From: Pseudomonadales bacterium
Lineage (GTDB): Bacteria > Pseudomonadota > Gammaproteobacteria > Pseudomonadales > UBA5518
Direction: 5' to 3'
DNA: 64,000 nucleotides
Assembly (NCBI GenBank): GCA_022072145.1
Contig: JAJVIG010000016.1
Location: 152,917-216,916 of the forward strand
Positions 44,454-52,571 of this stretch are shown piece by piece. The notes below the pieces were generated by a model. It did no database searches. It saw only the letters and a list, made by a program, of their open reading frames with translations, and had not been told where the DNA came from. Position numbers and translations under genes: made by a program. Position 1 is the stretch's first letter. Each line of letters starts with the position of its first letter.

Positions 44454-45497
44454 ATGAACACGAGCAAACGCCAGCTGGCGATGGTGATGGACCTCAACAA
44501 GTGCATCGGGTGCCAGACCTGCACGGTCGCGTGCAAGACGCTGTGGACCGGCGACGAGGGCATGGAGCACATGTGGTTCAACACCGTGAACACGCTGCCC
44601 GGCAAGGGCACGCCCCACGGCTGGGAAGACATGGGCGGCGGCTTCGACGCCGAGGGCAACGCCGTGGTCGGCCATATCCCCAGCCGCAAGGAGTTCGGCG
44701 AGGCGTGGAAGTTCGACCACGAGGGCAGCTACTACGGCGGCAAGGGCGATGCCTCGCACCTCGCGATCGCGGGCGAGCCCCCGACCTGGGGCCCCAACTG
44801 GGACGAGGACCAGGGCGAGGGCGAGTTCCCGAACACCCATTACTTCTACATGCCGCGCATCTGCAACCACTGTACGCACCCGGCGTGCAAGGAAGCGTGT
44901 CCGCGCGACGCCATCGACAAGCGCGAGGAAGACGGCATCGTCACCGTCAACGAGGACCGCTGCCGCGGCTACCGCTTCTGCCAGGCGGCGTGTCCGTACA
45001 AGAAGATCTACTTCAACCACCAGAAGAAGGTCTCCCAGAAGTGCCTGTTCTGCTTCCCGCGCATCGACAACGGCGTGGCGCCGGCCTGCGCGCGCCAGTG
45101 CCCGGGACGGGTGCGTTTCGTGGGCTACCGCGACGACCCCGAGGCGCCCATCTGGAAGCTGGTCGAGAAGTGGAAGGTCGCGCTGCCGCTGCACCCCGAG
45201 TACGGCACCGAACCCAACGTGTTCTACGTGCCGCCGATCGGCCCGCTGAGTTTCGACCAGGACGGCGACATCGACGAGTCCACGCCGCGCATTCCCGACG
45301 CGTACCTGATCCGGCTGTTCGGGCCAAGCGTGCTCGATGCGCTGGCGACGCTGAAGGCCGAGCGCGAGAAGAAGCGTGCCACCGGCGAGTCCGAACTGAT
45401 GGACCTGCTGATCGCCTACGAATGGAAGGACATGTTCGGCGGCTTCGACACCGACCCGAGCACGGTTTCGGTGGTGAAGTGGACCAACGCATCCTGA
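44454..45497 (+). CDS. FeS beta subunit (NarH/EbdB type, four cluster motifs)
   Basis: 347 aa. CIGCQTCTVACK, CNHCTHPACKEACP, CRGYRFCQAACPY, CLFCFPRIDNGVAPACARQCP. Confidence 0.9.
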   Translation: MNTSKRQLAMVMDLNKCIGCQTCTVACKTLWTGDEGMEHMWFNTVNTLPGKGTPHGWEDMGGGFDAEGNAVVGHIPSRKEFGEAWKFDHEGSYYGGKGDASHLAIAGEPPTWGPNWDEDQGEGEFPNTHYFYMPRICNHCTHPACKEACPRDAIDKREEDGIVTVNEDRCRGYRFCQAACPYKKIYFNHQKKVSQKCLFCFPRIDNGVAPACARQCPGRVRFVGYRDDPEAPIWKLVEKWKVALPLHPEYGTEPNVFYVPPIGPLSFDQDGDIDESTPRIPDAYLIRLFGPSVLDALATLKAEREKKRATGESELMDLLIAYEWKDMFGGFDTDPSTVSVVKWTNAS

Positions 45498-45512
45498 CCG
45501 GAGGAAACGCAC

Positions 45513-48377
45513 ATGCAATCGATCCATGCGACGCGCCGGGCCTTCCTGCGCGGCACCGCCATCGGTGCGCTGGGACTGGCCCTCGACCTCAAGACCCTGC
45601 GTCCGGTCTTCGCCGACGCGCGGCTCCCGCCCGAGGCACGTGAATACACCGGCTACCGCGACGTCTACCGCCGCAAGTGGAGCTGGGACCGCATCGGCGT
45701 GGGCACGCACTCGTGCACCAACTGCGCCAGCGGCGGCTGCTCGTGGAACCTGTACGTGCGCGACGGCATCGTCTGGCGCGAGGAGCAGGGCGCGCCCTAT
45801 ACGCAGACCAACGCGAGCGTGCCGGACTACAACCCGCGCGGCTGCCAGAAAGGCGCCTCGGCCAGCGCGCTGTACCGCAGCCCGGCACGGATCCGCTACC
45901 CGCTGAAGCGCGTGGGCGCGCGCGGCGAGAACCGCTGGAAGCGGATTTCGTGGGACGAGGCCTTCGACGAGATCGCGGCGCAGCTGGTCGACACGCTGTC
46001 GACCCGCGGTGGCGTCGGCGGCTACTGCGAGAACGGCAACAACAGCGACTTCGGCCCGAGCTGGATCGCGATGGTGCGTTTCTTCAACCAGCTCGGCATG
46101 CCGATCACCGAGAACTTCGCGAGCACCGGCGACCTGATGACCGGCGCCACGCTGGTGCTGGGCAACCCGGTCCCGGGCGGCTCCTCGGACGACTGGTTCC
46201 GCAGCGACTACTTCGTGAACTGGTTCGGCAACCCGATGTCGACCCGCATCCCCGACGCGCACTTCATCACCGAGATGCGCTACCGCGGCGGCAAGTACGT
46301 CTCGGTCACGCCGGACTTCAATCCGAGCGCGATCCACACCGATCTGTGGATCGGCGTGCGTCCGGGCACCGACGCGGCGCTCGCGCTGGCGGCGTGCCGG
46401 GTCATCATCGACGAGGACCTGCACGATGTGCCCTACATCATCGAGCAGACCGACCTGCCGCTGCTGATCCGCGAGGACACGCGGCAGTTCCTGCGCGAGT
46501 CCGACGTGATCGAGGGCGGCCGACGCGAGTGCTTCGCGTGGTGGGACGGCCGCAAGCGCGCGGTCGTATGGTCGGCCAGCTCGGCGCAGTTCGAACAGGA
46601 CAAACGCACGCTGAAGCTCGGCCCCGACGACCAGGTGGAACTCGAACCGCGCAACGCGCGCGTGACGCTGCTCTCCGGCGAGACCGTGAAACTCAGCAGC
46701 GCGTTCACGCTGCTGCGCCGCAACCTCGAGGACTACGACGCGAACAGCGCCGCCAGGATCACCGGCGTGCATGCGAACGTGATCCGGCGCTTCGCGCGCG
46801 AGTTCGCGAACGCGAAGGCGGCCAAGATCTATATGGGAGCCGCGGCGGGCAAGATCCTGCACGGCGAGCTGGTGCAGCGCGCCACCATCCTGATGTGCGC
46901 GCTGACCGGCAACAACGGCCGCGTGGGCGGCGGCTGGGAGGAAATGACGTTCTGGGAGCTCGACGGCAAGATACTGTCGGCCTTCCACGATTTCCCCAGC
47001 GACCTCGTCCCGGGCGACATGAACACCATCTACCCGGCGCTGATGGGCATGGGCGCACAGCAGGCGGCGAGTCCCGCGTTCATCTCGGGATCCTTGCTTA
47101 TGCTGCTGAACGGCGGCACCTACGCCGAGCAGCTCAACCCCGCGTACAACGATCCGACGCTGCGCCGCACGCCCGAGGAGTTTCTCAAGGAGGGTATCGC
47201 CAAGGGTGAACTGCACAACGTGCCCGGCGAGGAACTGGGCAGCCCGGACGTGATCTTCAACATGTTCGGCAACCCGTTCCGTCACCGCCGCATGGGCGAG
47301 CGCCTCGGCAGGACGCTGTTCGCGAAGGCCAGGCTGGTCGTCGACCTGACGCTGCGCATGGACGACACCGCACGGCACTCCGACATCCTGCTGCCGACCG
47401 CCGGCCCCTACGAGAAGCTCGGCTTCAAGTACTCGGTCTCGTATCCTCCGTACCTGCACCTGGCCGACAAGGCCGTGGAGCCGCTCGGCGAGGCCAAATC
47501 GGACTGGGAGATCCTCTCGCTGCTTATGCAGCGCGTGGAAGCCGAGGCCAGGCGCCGCGGCGTGCGCACGGTGAAGACCTACCGCGGCGTCGAGTACGAT
47601 CTCAGCCAGGCGTACTGGCGCTTCAGCGACAAGGGACGCATCGGGCCGCACGAGGACGAGAAATTCATGCGCCTGATCCTCGCGCTGTCGCCGGCGACGC
47701 AGGGCATCACGATGGAGGAACTGCGCGCCAACAAGGGTGTGATGCGCTACACCGGCGTCAGCCAGATGGGCAAGATGTGGTGCGGCACCAGCGATTACCG
47801 GCCCGACGAACCGCTGGTTCCCTACCAGGACTACGTGGTCAGGAAGATGCCGTGGCCGACCAGCACCGGGCGCCAGCAGTTCTACGTCGATCACGCGATC
47901 TACGTCGAGGTCGGCGAGACGCTGCCGGTGCACAAGCAGCCGCCCCGCTCCGGCGGTGACTTCCCGCTGGTGATGACCTGCGGCCACACGCGCTGGAGCG
48001 TGCACACGCTGTGGCGCGACGTCGACATCCTGCTCAGGCTGCAACGCGGCGAGCCGGTGATCTTCGTGAACCCGGACGACGCCGCGCGGCGCGGCCTCGC
48101 CGACCACGACTATGCCGCCGTGCACAACGACCTCGGCGAGTTCGTGGCGCGCGTGAAGCTCACGCCGGGCATGCAACCGGGCCAGGTGCATATCTTCCAC
48201 GCCTGGCTCGCCACGCAGCACGTCGGGGGGCGGGCCAGCGACGCGATCACGCCGAGTCCGACGCGGGTCACGAACTTCGCGGGCAAGCACGGCCACATGG
48301 TCAATGAGGTCGGCTGGTTCGACCTGAGTGGCAACGACCGCGACACGCGCGTCGATCTGCGCAAATATACGGCCTGA
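45513..48377 (+). CDS. molybdopterin (bis-MGD) catalytic alpha subunit, ethylbenzene dehydrogenase / steroid C25 dehydrogenase-like, Tat-exported
   Basis: 954 aa. Twin-arginine leader MQSIHATRRAFLRGTAIGALGLA. FS0 motif THSCTNCASGGCSW...YNPRGCQKGAS. YPLKRVGARGENRWKRISWDEA. Candidate Asp Mo ligand in FASTGDLMTG. C-terminal GHTRWSVHT...QRGEPVIFVNPDDA. Confidence 0.88.
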   Translation: MQSIHATRRAFLRGTAIGALGLALDLKTLRPVFADARLPPEAREYTGYRDVYRRKWSWDRIGVGTHSCTNCASGGCSWNLYVRDGIVWREEQGAPYTQTNASVPDYNPRGCQKGASASALYRSPARIRYPLKRVGARGENRWKRISWDEAFDEIAAQLVDTLSTRGGVGGYCENGNNSDFGPSWIAMVRFFNQLGMPITENFASTGDLMTGATLVLGNPVPGGSSDDWFRSDYFVNWFGNPMSTRIPDAHFITEMRYRGGKYVSVTPDFNPSAIHTDLWIGVRPGTDAALALAACRVIIDEDLHDVPYIIEQTDLPLLIREDTRQFLRESDVIEGGRRECFAWWDGRKRAVVWSASSAQFEQDKRTLKLGPDDQVELEPRNARVTLLSGETVKLSSAFTLLRRNLEDYDANSAARITGVHANVIRRFAREFANAKAAKIYMGAAAGKILHGELVQRATILMCALTGNNGRVGGGWEEMTFWELDGKILSAFHDFPSDLVPGDMNTIYPALMGMGAQQAASPAFISGSLLMLLNGGTYAEQLNPAYNDPTLRRTPEEFLKEGIAKGELHNVPGEELGSPDVIFNMFGNPFRHRRMGERLGRTLFAKARLVVDLTLRMDDTARHSDILLPTAGPYEKLGFKYSVSYPPYLHLADKAVEPLGEAKSDWEILSLLMQRVEAEARRRGVRTVKTYRGVEYDLSQAYWRFSDKGRIGPHEDEKFMRLILALSPATQGITMEELRANKGVMRYTGVSQMGKMWCGTSDYRPDEPLVPYQDYVVRKMPWPTSTGRQQFYVDHAIYVEVGETLPVHKQPPRSGGDFPLVMTCGHTRWSVHTLWRDVDILLRLQRGEPVIFVNPDDAARRGLADHDYAAVHNDLGEFVARVKLTPGMQPGQVHIFHAWLATQHVGGRASDAITPSPTRVTNFAGKHGHMVNEVGWFDLSGNDRDTRVDLRKYTA

Positions 48378-48390
48378 GGAAAGCGTATCG

Positions 48391-49065
48391 ATGGGGAGCA
48401 CGATGGAGCAGAACACGAGCGCCAGGGCGATGGACGCCTCGCGCAGCCTGAGCTACCTGACCTTCGCGACCGCGTTCGCGTACCCGGACCAGGAAGGACT
48501 GCAGGCGATCCGCGCCGGCGAGCTCGCCGGCGCGCTGCGCCACCTGCTCGGGTCCATCGACCCTGCCCTGCTCGCGGACACCGACTGGGAGGCGCTGGGT
48601 GACGCCGGCCCCGACGACGAGACGCTGCTGGTCGAGTTCACCCGGCTGTTCGAGGCCGGCCCGGACGGCCCGGACTGTCCACTGAACGGCGCGCGCTACC
48701 GCGGCGGCAGCATGGAGCCGCTCGAGGAACTGGTGCGCTTCTACGATTTCTTCGGCCTGACGCTGGACCAGGCCACGCAGGGCGAGCCCGACCACCTGGT
48801 CACGGAGCTCGAGTTCCTGCATTTCCTGTCGTTCCAGGAGGCGCAGCTCGGCGCCGCCGGCGAGGACGTCGGCGGACTGCTGCGCGCGCAGCGCGACTTC
48901 ATCGAACGCCACCCCGGCGCGTGGGTGCCGGCGCTCTGCCAACGCCTGGCCGAGCGCGAGGCGCCGCGCTTCTTCCGCGAGCTCGCGGGCCTGCTGCAGC
49001 GCTTCCTGCGCCAGGAGCAGACCCGGCTCGCGCTGCAGATCGACGACGGCACCACGGCGCACTGA
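48391..49065 (+). CDS. TorD/NarJ/EbdD-type maturation chaperone (delta)
   Basis: ATG 48391 ten nt after GAGGA (alternative 48403). LLVEFTRLFEAGPDGPDCPLNGARY...EPDHLVTELEFLHFLSFQE. Confidence 0.75.
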   Translation: MGSTMEQNTSARAMDASRSLSYLTFATAFAYPDQEGLQAIRAGELAGALRHLLGSIDPALLADTDWEALGDAGPDDETLLVEFTRLFEAGPDGPDCPLNGARYRGGSMEPLEELVRFYDFFGLTLDQATQGEPDHLVTELEFLHFLSFQEAQLGAAGEDVGGLLRAQRDFIERHPGAWVPALCQRLAEREAPRFFRELAGLLQRFLRQEQTRLALQIDDGTTAH

Positions 49066-49068
49066 GGC

Positions 49069-50205
49069 ATGAGCGAACTCACCGACACACTCGCCGCACC
49101 CCGCGTCACCACCCGCGATCCGGCCGAACTGCAGCGGCTGCTGACGGCCTGGTTCGCGCGCACGCTGGGGCCCGGCAGCGCGCCCCGGCTGTCGGCGCTC
49201 GCCAGCCCCGGCAAGGCCGGGATGTCGAGCGAAACGCTGCTGTTCGAGCTGCACTGGAACGAGCACGGCAGCGAACGCAGCGGCCACTTCGTCGCCCGCC
49301 TGCCCCCGCCCGCGGATGCCTTCCCGCTGTTCCCGCGCTACGACTTCGACCTGCAGGTCGAGGCGATGCGGCTGGTCGGCCGCCACAGCACGGTACCGGT
49401 GCCGCGCGTGCCGTGGCAGGAGCGCTCCAGCGAGGCACTCGGCGTGCCGTTCTTCGTGATGGAGCGCATCGACGGCGAGATGGTGCCCGACAACCCGCCG
49501 TACGTATTCGGCGGCTGGCTGGCCGAGGCGTCGGCGGCCCGGCAGCGGCAGGTCGAGCAGGAGCTGATCGAAGCGATCGCCGGCATCCACGGCATTGGCG
49601 CCGACCGCGCCGAAACCGCGTTCCTGCACATCGACCAGCCGGGCGCCACCGCGCTGCGCCGGCATTTCGCACGCGAACGCGCGCTGTACGAGTGGGGCCG
49701 CAACGGCATGCGCTTCGCGCTCGTCGAGCGGCTGTTCGACTGGCTGGAGGCGCACTGGCCGGCGCACGAGGGCGAGCCGGTGGTCAGCTGGGGCGACGCC
49801 CGGCCGGCGAACGCGCTGTGGCGCGAGGCACGCATCGTCGCGGTGCTCGACTGGGAGCTCGCGATGCTCGGCCCGCGCGAGATGGACGTGGGCTACCTGA
49901 TCTTCTTCCACCAGTATTTCCGGCACATCGCGCAGGTGATGGCCGCCATCGATCCTATGGCGGAGTTCCTGCGCCGCGACGCGGTGGTCGCCGCCTACGA
50001 GGCGCTCACCGGCGCGCGGCTCGGCGACATCGACTGGTATATCACCTACGCGCTGCTGCAGCAGTGCGTCATCGATATCCGGGTCTCGCAGCGGCGCATC
50101 CTGTTCGGCGAGATGGAACGCCCGCAGAACAGCGACGAGTACCTCTACGGCCGGCGCCTGGCCGAGCGCGTCCTCGCCGGCGACCGCGCGATCTGGCTAC
50201 CGTAG
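49069..50205 (+). CDS. APH-family phosphotransferase (kinase)
   Basis: 378 aa. Starts 3 nt after the delta stop. Catalytic-loop block VSWGDARPANALW and metal-binding VLDWELAMLGP. The TAG stop lies inside a REP element. Confidence 0.75.
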   Translation: MSELTDTLAAPRVTTRDPAELQRLLTAWFARTLGPGSAPRLSALASPGKAGMSSETLLFELHWNEHGSERSGHFVARLPPPADAFPLFPRYDFDLQVEAMRLVGRHSTVPVPRVPWQERSSEALGVPFFVMERIDGEMVPDNPPYVFGGWLAEASAARQRQVEQELIEAIAGIHGIGADRAETAFLHIDQPGATALRRHFARERALYEWGRNGMRFALVERLFDWLEAHWPAHEGEPVVSWGDARPANALWREARIVAVLDWELAMLGPREMDVGYLIFFHQYFRHIAQVMAAIDPMAEFLRRDAVVAAYEALTGARLGDIDWYITYALLQQCVIDIRVSQRRILFGEMERPQNSDEYLYGRRLAERVLAGDRAIWLP

Positions 50206-50342
50206 GTCCGGGCTGTGCCCGGACATGTGTTCGTGTAGGTCCGGGCTGTGCCCGGACATGTTCGGCCACAGGCCGAACCTGCGCGGACATGTTCGGCCAC
50301 AGGCCGAACCTGCGCGGACATCTGTTCGGCCACAGGCCGAAC
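50202..50342. repeat. tandem array of five REP-like palindromic elements (two sequence types)
   Basis: 2x GTAG+gtccgggc-tgt-gcccggac (hairpins 50206-50224 and 50239-50257). 3x gttcggcc-aca-ggccgaac (50260-50278, 50291-50309, 50324-50342). Spacers are 1-14 nt (14, 2, 12, 14 between successive hairpins). Confidence 0.85.
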
Positions 50343-50375
50343 CGGACAAATCTGATCACACACCGAGGAGCACTC

Positions 50376-51554
50376 ATGGACAATACCGTCAGCCCCGGCA
50401 GCAACCCCATCGGCCCCCTGATCGAGGCCGACGAGCAGTTCTGCCACCAGGTCACGGATTCCTTCGCCTGCGTGGGCAGCACCGACCCCTCGTGGACCGA
50501 GAAGGTCTGCGCGATGGCGATGGCGCGCGACGGCAGCCTGCAGCTCGGCTTCGGACTCGGCAAATACACCAACCGCAATGTGATGGACGCCTACGCGGGC
50601 ATCTCGCGCGGCAAGGAACAGATCACGGTGCGCGCCAGCCGCGAGCTCGCGCCGGAGCCGAACCGCACCGTGATCGGACCGATCCGCTACGAAGTGGTGG
50701 AGCCGCTGAAGAAGGTGCGCTTCGTGCTCGAACCGAATGCCACGCAGCCGATCGCCTTCGACTGCCTGTTCGAGCACCGCGTGCCGGCGCGCTTCGAGGA
50801 CCGCACGCACATCCGCCAGGGCTATCGCGTGATGAGCGAACTGGTGCGCTACCACCAGACCGGCGTGGCCTCGGGCTGGATCGAGGTCGACGGCGTGCGC
50901 ACCGTGATCGATCCTGACGGCTGGGTCTGCACGCGCGACCACTCCTGGGGCGTGCGCTACGGCGTGGGGCATCCGCTGATCGATGCCGAGCCGCCCGGCG
51001 TCGGCACGCAGGCGGATTACGAGTTTTTCTGGAGCCCGAGCTACCTGCAACGCGCCGACGGCAGCGATTACGCGGTCTTCCTCAGTTTCAACCAGTTCGA
51101 CACCGCCTGCGGCCGCACGCGCTCGGTGATGTCGGCCATCGAACACCCGGACGGGCGCATCGAGCGCATCGTCGACATCGAACCCGAGCTCGACTACCAC
51201 CCGGTCAACCGCCGCTTCCTCGGCGGCCGCATCGTCTGCCGCATGGCCGACGGCACGCTGCGCCCGATGACCATCGAGGTGCTCGCGGACACCGGCTTCC
51301 ACCTCGGTGCGGGACTCTATTTCGGCTTCGACGGCCACTACCACGGCGGCTGGCGCGGCAAGCTGCACATCGACGGCGAGCGCATCACCGACTGCAGCAC
51401 GCCCGAGAACGCCAGGCGCCTGCACCAGATCCGCGACACGGTGGTGCGCATCAGCGACCCGGTCGGCGGCGGCGTGGGCTGGGGCAACTGGCAACCGATG
51501 ATGGTGGGCAAGAACGAACGGCTCGGCCTGAAGGCCGAGGATTCGTTCTCCTGA
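50376..51554 (+). CDS. hypothetical protein (DUF; distant paralogue of 14454..15416)
   Basis: In-frame ATG 50376 after GAGGAG. 392 aa. EADEQFCHQVTDSF, GWIEVDGVRTVIDPDGWVCTRDHSWGVRYG. The upstream part of track ORF 48921..51554 reads through the REP array and is not coding. Confidence 0.6.
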   Translation: MDNTVSPGSNPIGPLIEADEQFCHQVTDSFACVGSTDPSWTEKVCAMAMARDGSLQLGFGLGKYTNRNVMDAYAGISRGKEQITVRASRELAPEPNRTVIGPIRYEVVEPLKKVRFVLEPNATQPIAFDCLFEHRVPARFEDRTHIRQGYRVMSELVRYHQTGVASGWIEVDGVRTVIDPDGWVCTRDHSWGVRYGVGHPLIDAEPPGVGTQADYEFFWSPSYLQRADGSDYAVFLSFNQFDTACGRTRSVMSAIEHPDGRIERIVDIEPELDYHPVNRRFLGGRIVCRMADGTLRPMTIEVLADTGFHLGAGLYFGFDGHYHGGWRGKLHIDGERITDCSTPENARRLHQIRDTVVRISDPVGGGVGWGNWQPMMVGKNERLGLKAEDSFS

Positions 51555-51579
51555 TCCTGCACGGCCCGGAGACGATGCG

Positions 51580-52545
51580 ATGAAGGCAGCGGTCTACTAC
51601 CAGAACGGCGGCCCCGAGGTGCTTCGCTACGAGGACGTCCCGGACCCGATGTGCGGCGCTGATGAGGTGATGATCCGCGTCGAGGCGATCAGCCTCGAGG
51701 GCGGCGACCTGCTGCACCGCCAGTCCTCGCCGCCGCCCGCGCGCCCGCACATCGTCGGCTACTCGACGGCCGGCGAGATCGTCGCGCTCGGCGCCGACGT
51801 GACGGGTTTCGCATGCGGACAGAAGGTGATCACGTTCGCATGGGCCGGTTCGCACGCCGAGCTGCGCACCTCGAAGGCAGCGCACACCTGGGCGCTGCCG
51901 CCGGGGCTCGACGTGCGCAGCGGGGCCGGGATCCCGGCCGCCTTCGGCACCGCACACGAGTGCCTGGTCGAGGCAGCGCGTGTGCGCGCCGGCGACAGCG
52001 TGCTGGTGCTGGGCGCGAGCGGCGGGGTCGGCGTGGCCGCCGTGCAGCTCGCGCGGAGGGCCGGAGCACGCGTGACCGGCACCGCGGGCAGTGCCGCCAA
52101 GCTTGCACGACTGCACGCACTCGGCATGCACGAGGGCATCGATTACCGCCGCGACGACGTGGGCGCGGCGATCGCGCGCCACGCGGGCGAGCACGGCTAC
52201 GACGTGTGCATCGACACCGTCGGCGGGCGTGCGCTGCAGGCAGCCTCGAAGGCGATGACCGTCAACGGGCGCCTGATCATCGCCGGCTGCGCCGCGCGCG
52301 AGCCGAACCTGATCGACTCGGTCGACATCATGGTCGGGCGCTACAGCGTCACCGGTGTGATCGCCGGTTTCGATTTCGCGACCCCGCGCCTGCACGCGGC
52401 GATCGGCGAACTGATCGCCGCCATCGCGCGCGGCGAACTCGTGATGCCGATCGCGCGCGAGTTCCCGCTCGCCGAGGCCGCCGCCGCGCACGCCTGGGTC
52501 GAGTCCGGCGCCGCCGGCTTCGGCCGCGTGCTGCTCATACCCTGA
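51580..52545 (+). CDS. MDR-family NAD(P)H quinone oxidoreductase / zinc-type alcohol dehydrogenase-like
   Basis: 321 aa. MKAAVYYQNGGPEVLRYEDVPDP, VLVLGASGGVGVAAVQLAR. Confidence 0.85.
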   Translation: MKAAVYYQNGGPEVLRYEDVPDPMCGADEVMIRVEAISLEGGDLLHRQSSPPPARPHIVGYSTAGEIVALGADVTGFACGQKVITFAWAGSHAELRTSKAAHTWALPPGLDVRSGAGIPAAFGTAHECLVEAARVRAGDSVLVLGASGGVGVAAVQLARRAGARVTGTAGSAAKLARLHALGMHEGIDYRRDDVGAAIARHAGEHGYDVCIDTVGGRALQAASKAMTVNGRLIIAGCAAREPNLIDSVDIMVGRYSVTGVIAGFDFATPRLHAAIGELIAAIARGELVMPIAREFPLAEAAAAHAWVESGAAGFGRVLLIP

Positions 52546-52571
52546 ACCGCAACGACCACGGAGCGACGCCG

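Noticed and set aside
43773-48416. 1547-aa minus-strand ORF, the longest in the window
   Set aside because: It is antisense to the gamma/beta/alpha Mo-enzyme genes, whose products carry unmistakable conserved motifs. Its own translation is Arg/Ala/Gly/Val/His-rich low-complexity sequence with no recognisable domain. This is a typical stop-codon-poor antisense frame in GC-rich DNA.
50202-50342. Possible CRISPR array (regularly spaced repeats)
   Set aside because: The repeats are 19-nt self-complementary hairpins of two types in both orientations. Spacers are only 1-14 nt, there are no cas genes, and the same elements occur singly elsewhere. This is REP, not CRISPR.
48921-50375. N-terminal 485 codons of track ORF 48921..51554
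   Set aside because: This frame overlaps the chaperone and kinase genes out of frame and reads straight through the REP array (translation ...GPGCARTC...MFGHRPNL...). The real gene starts at ATG 50376, behind a GAGGAG Shine-Dalgarno.
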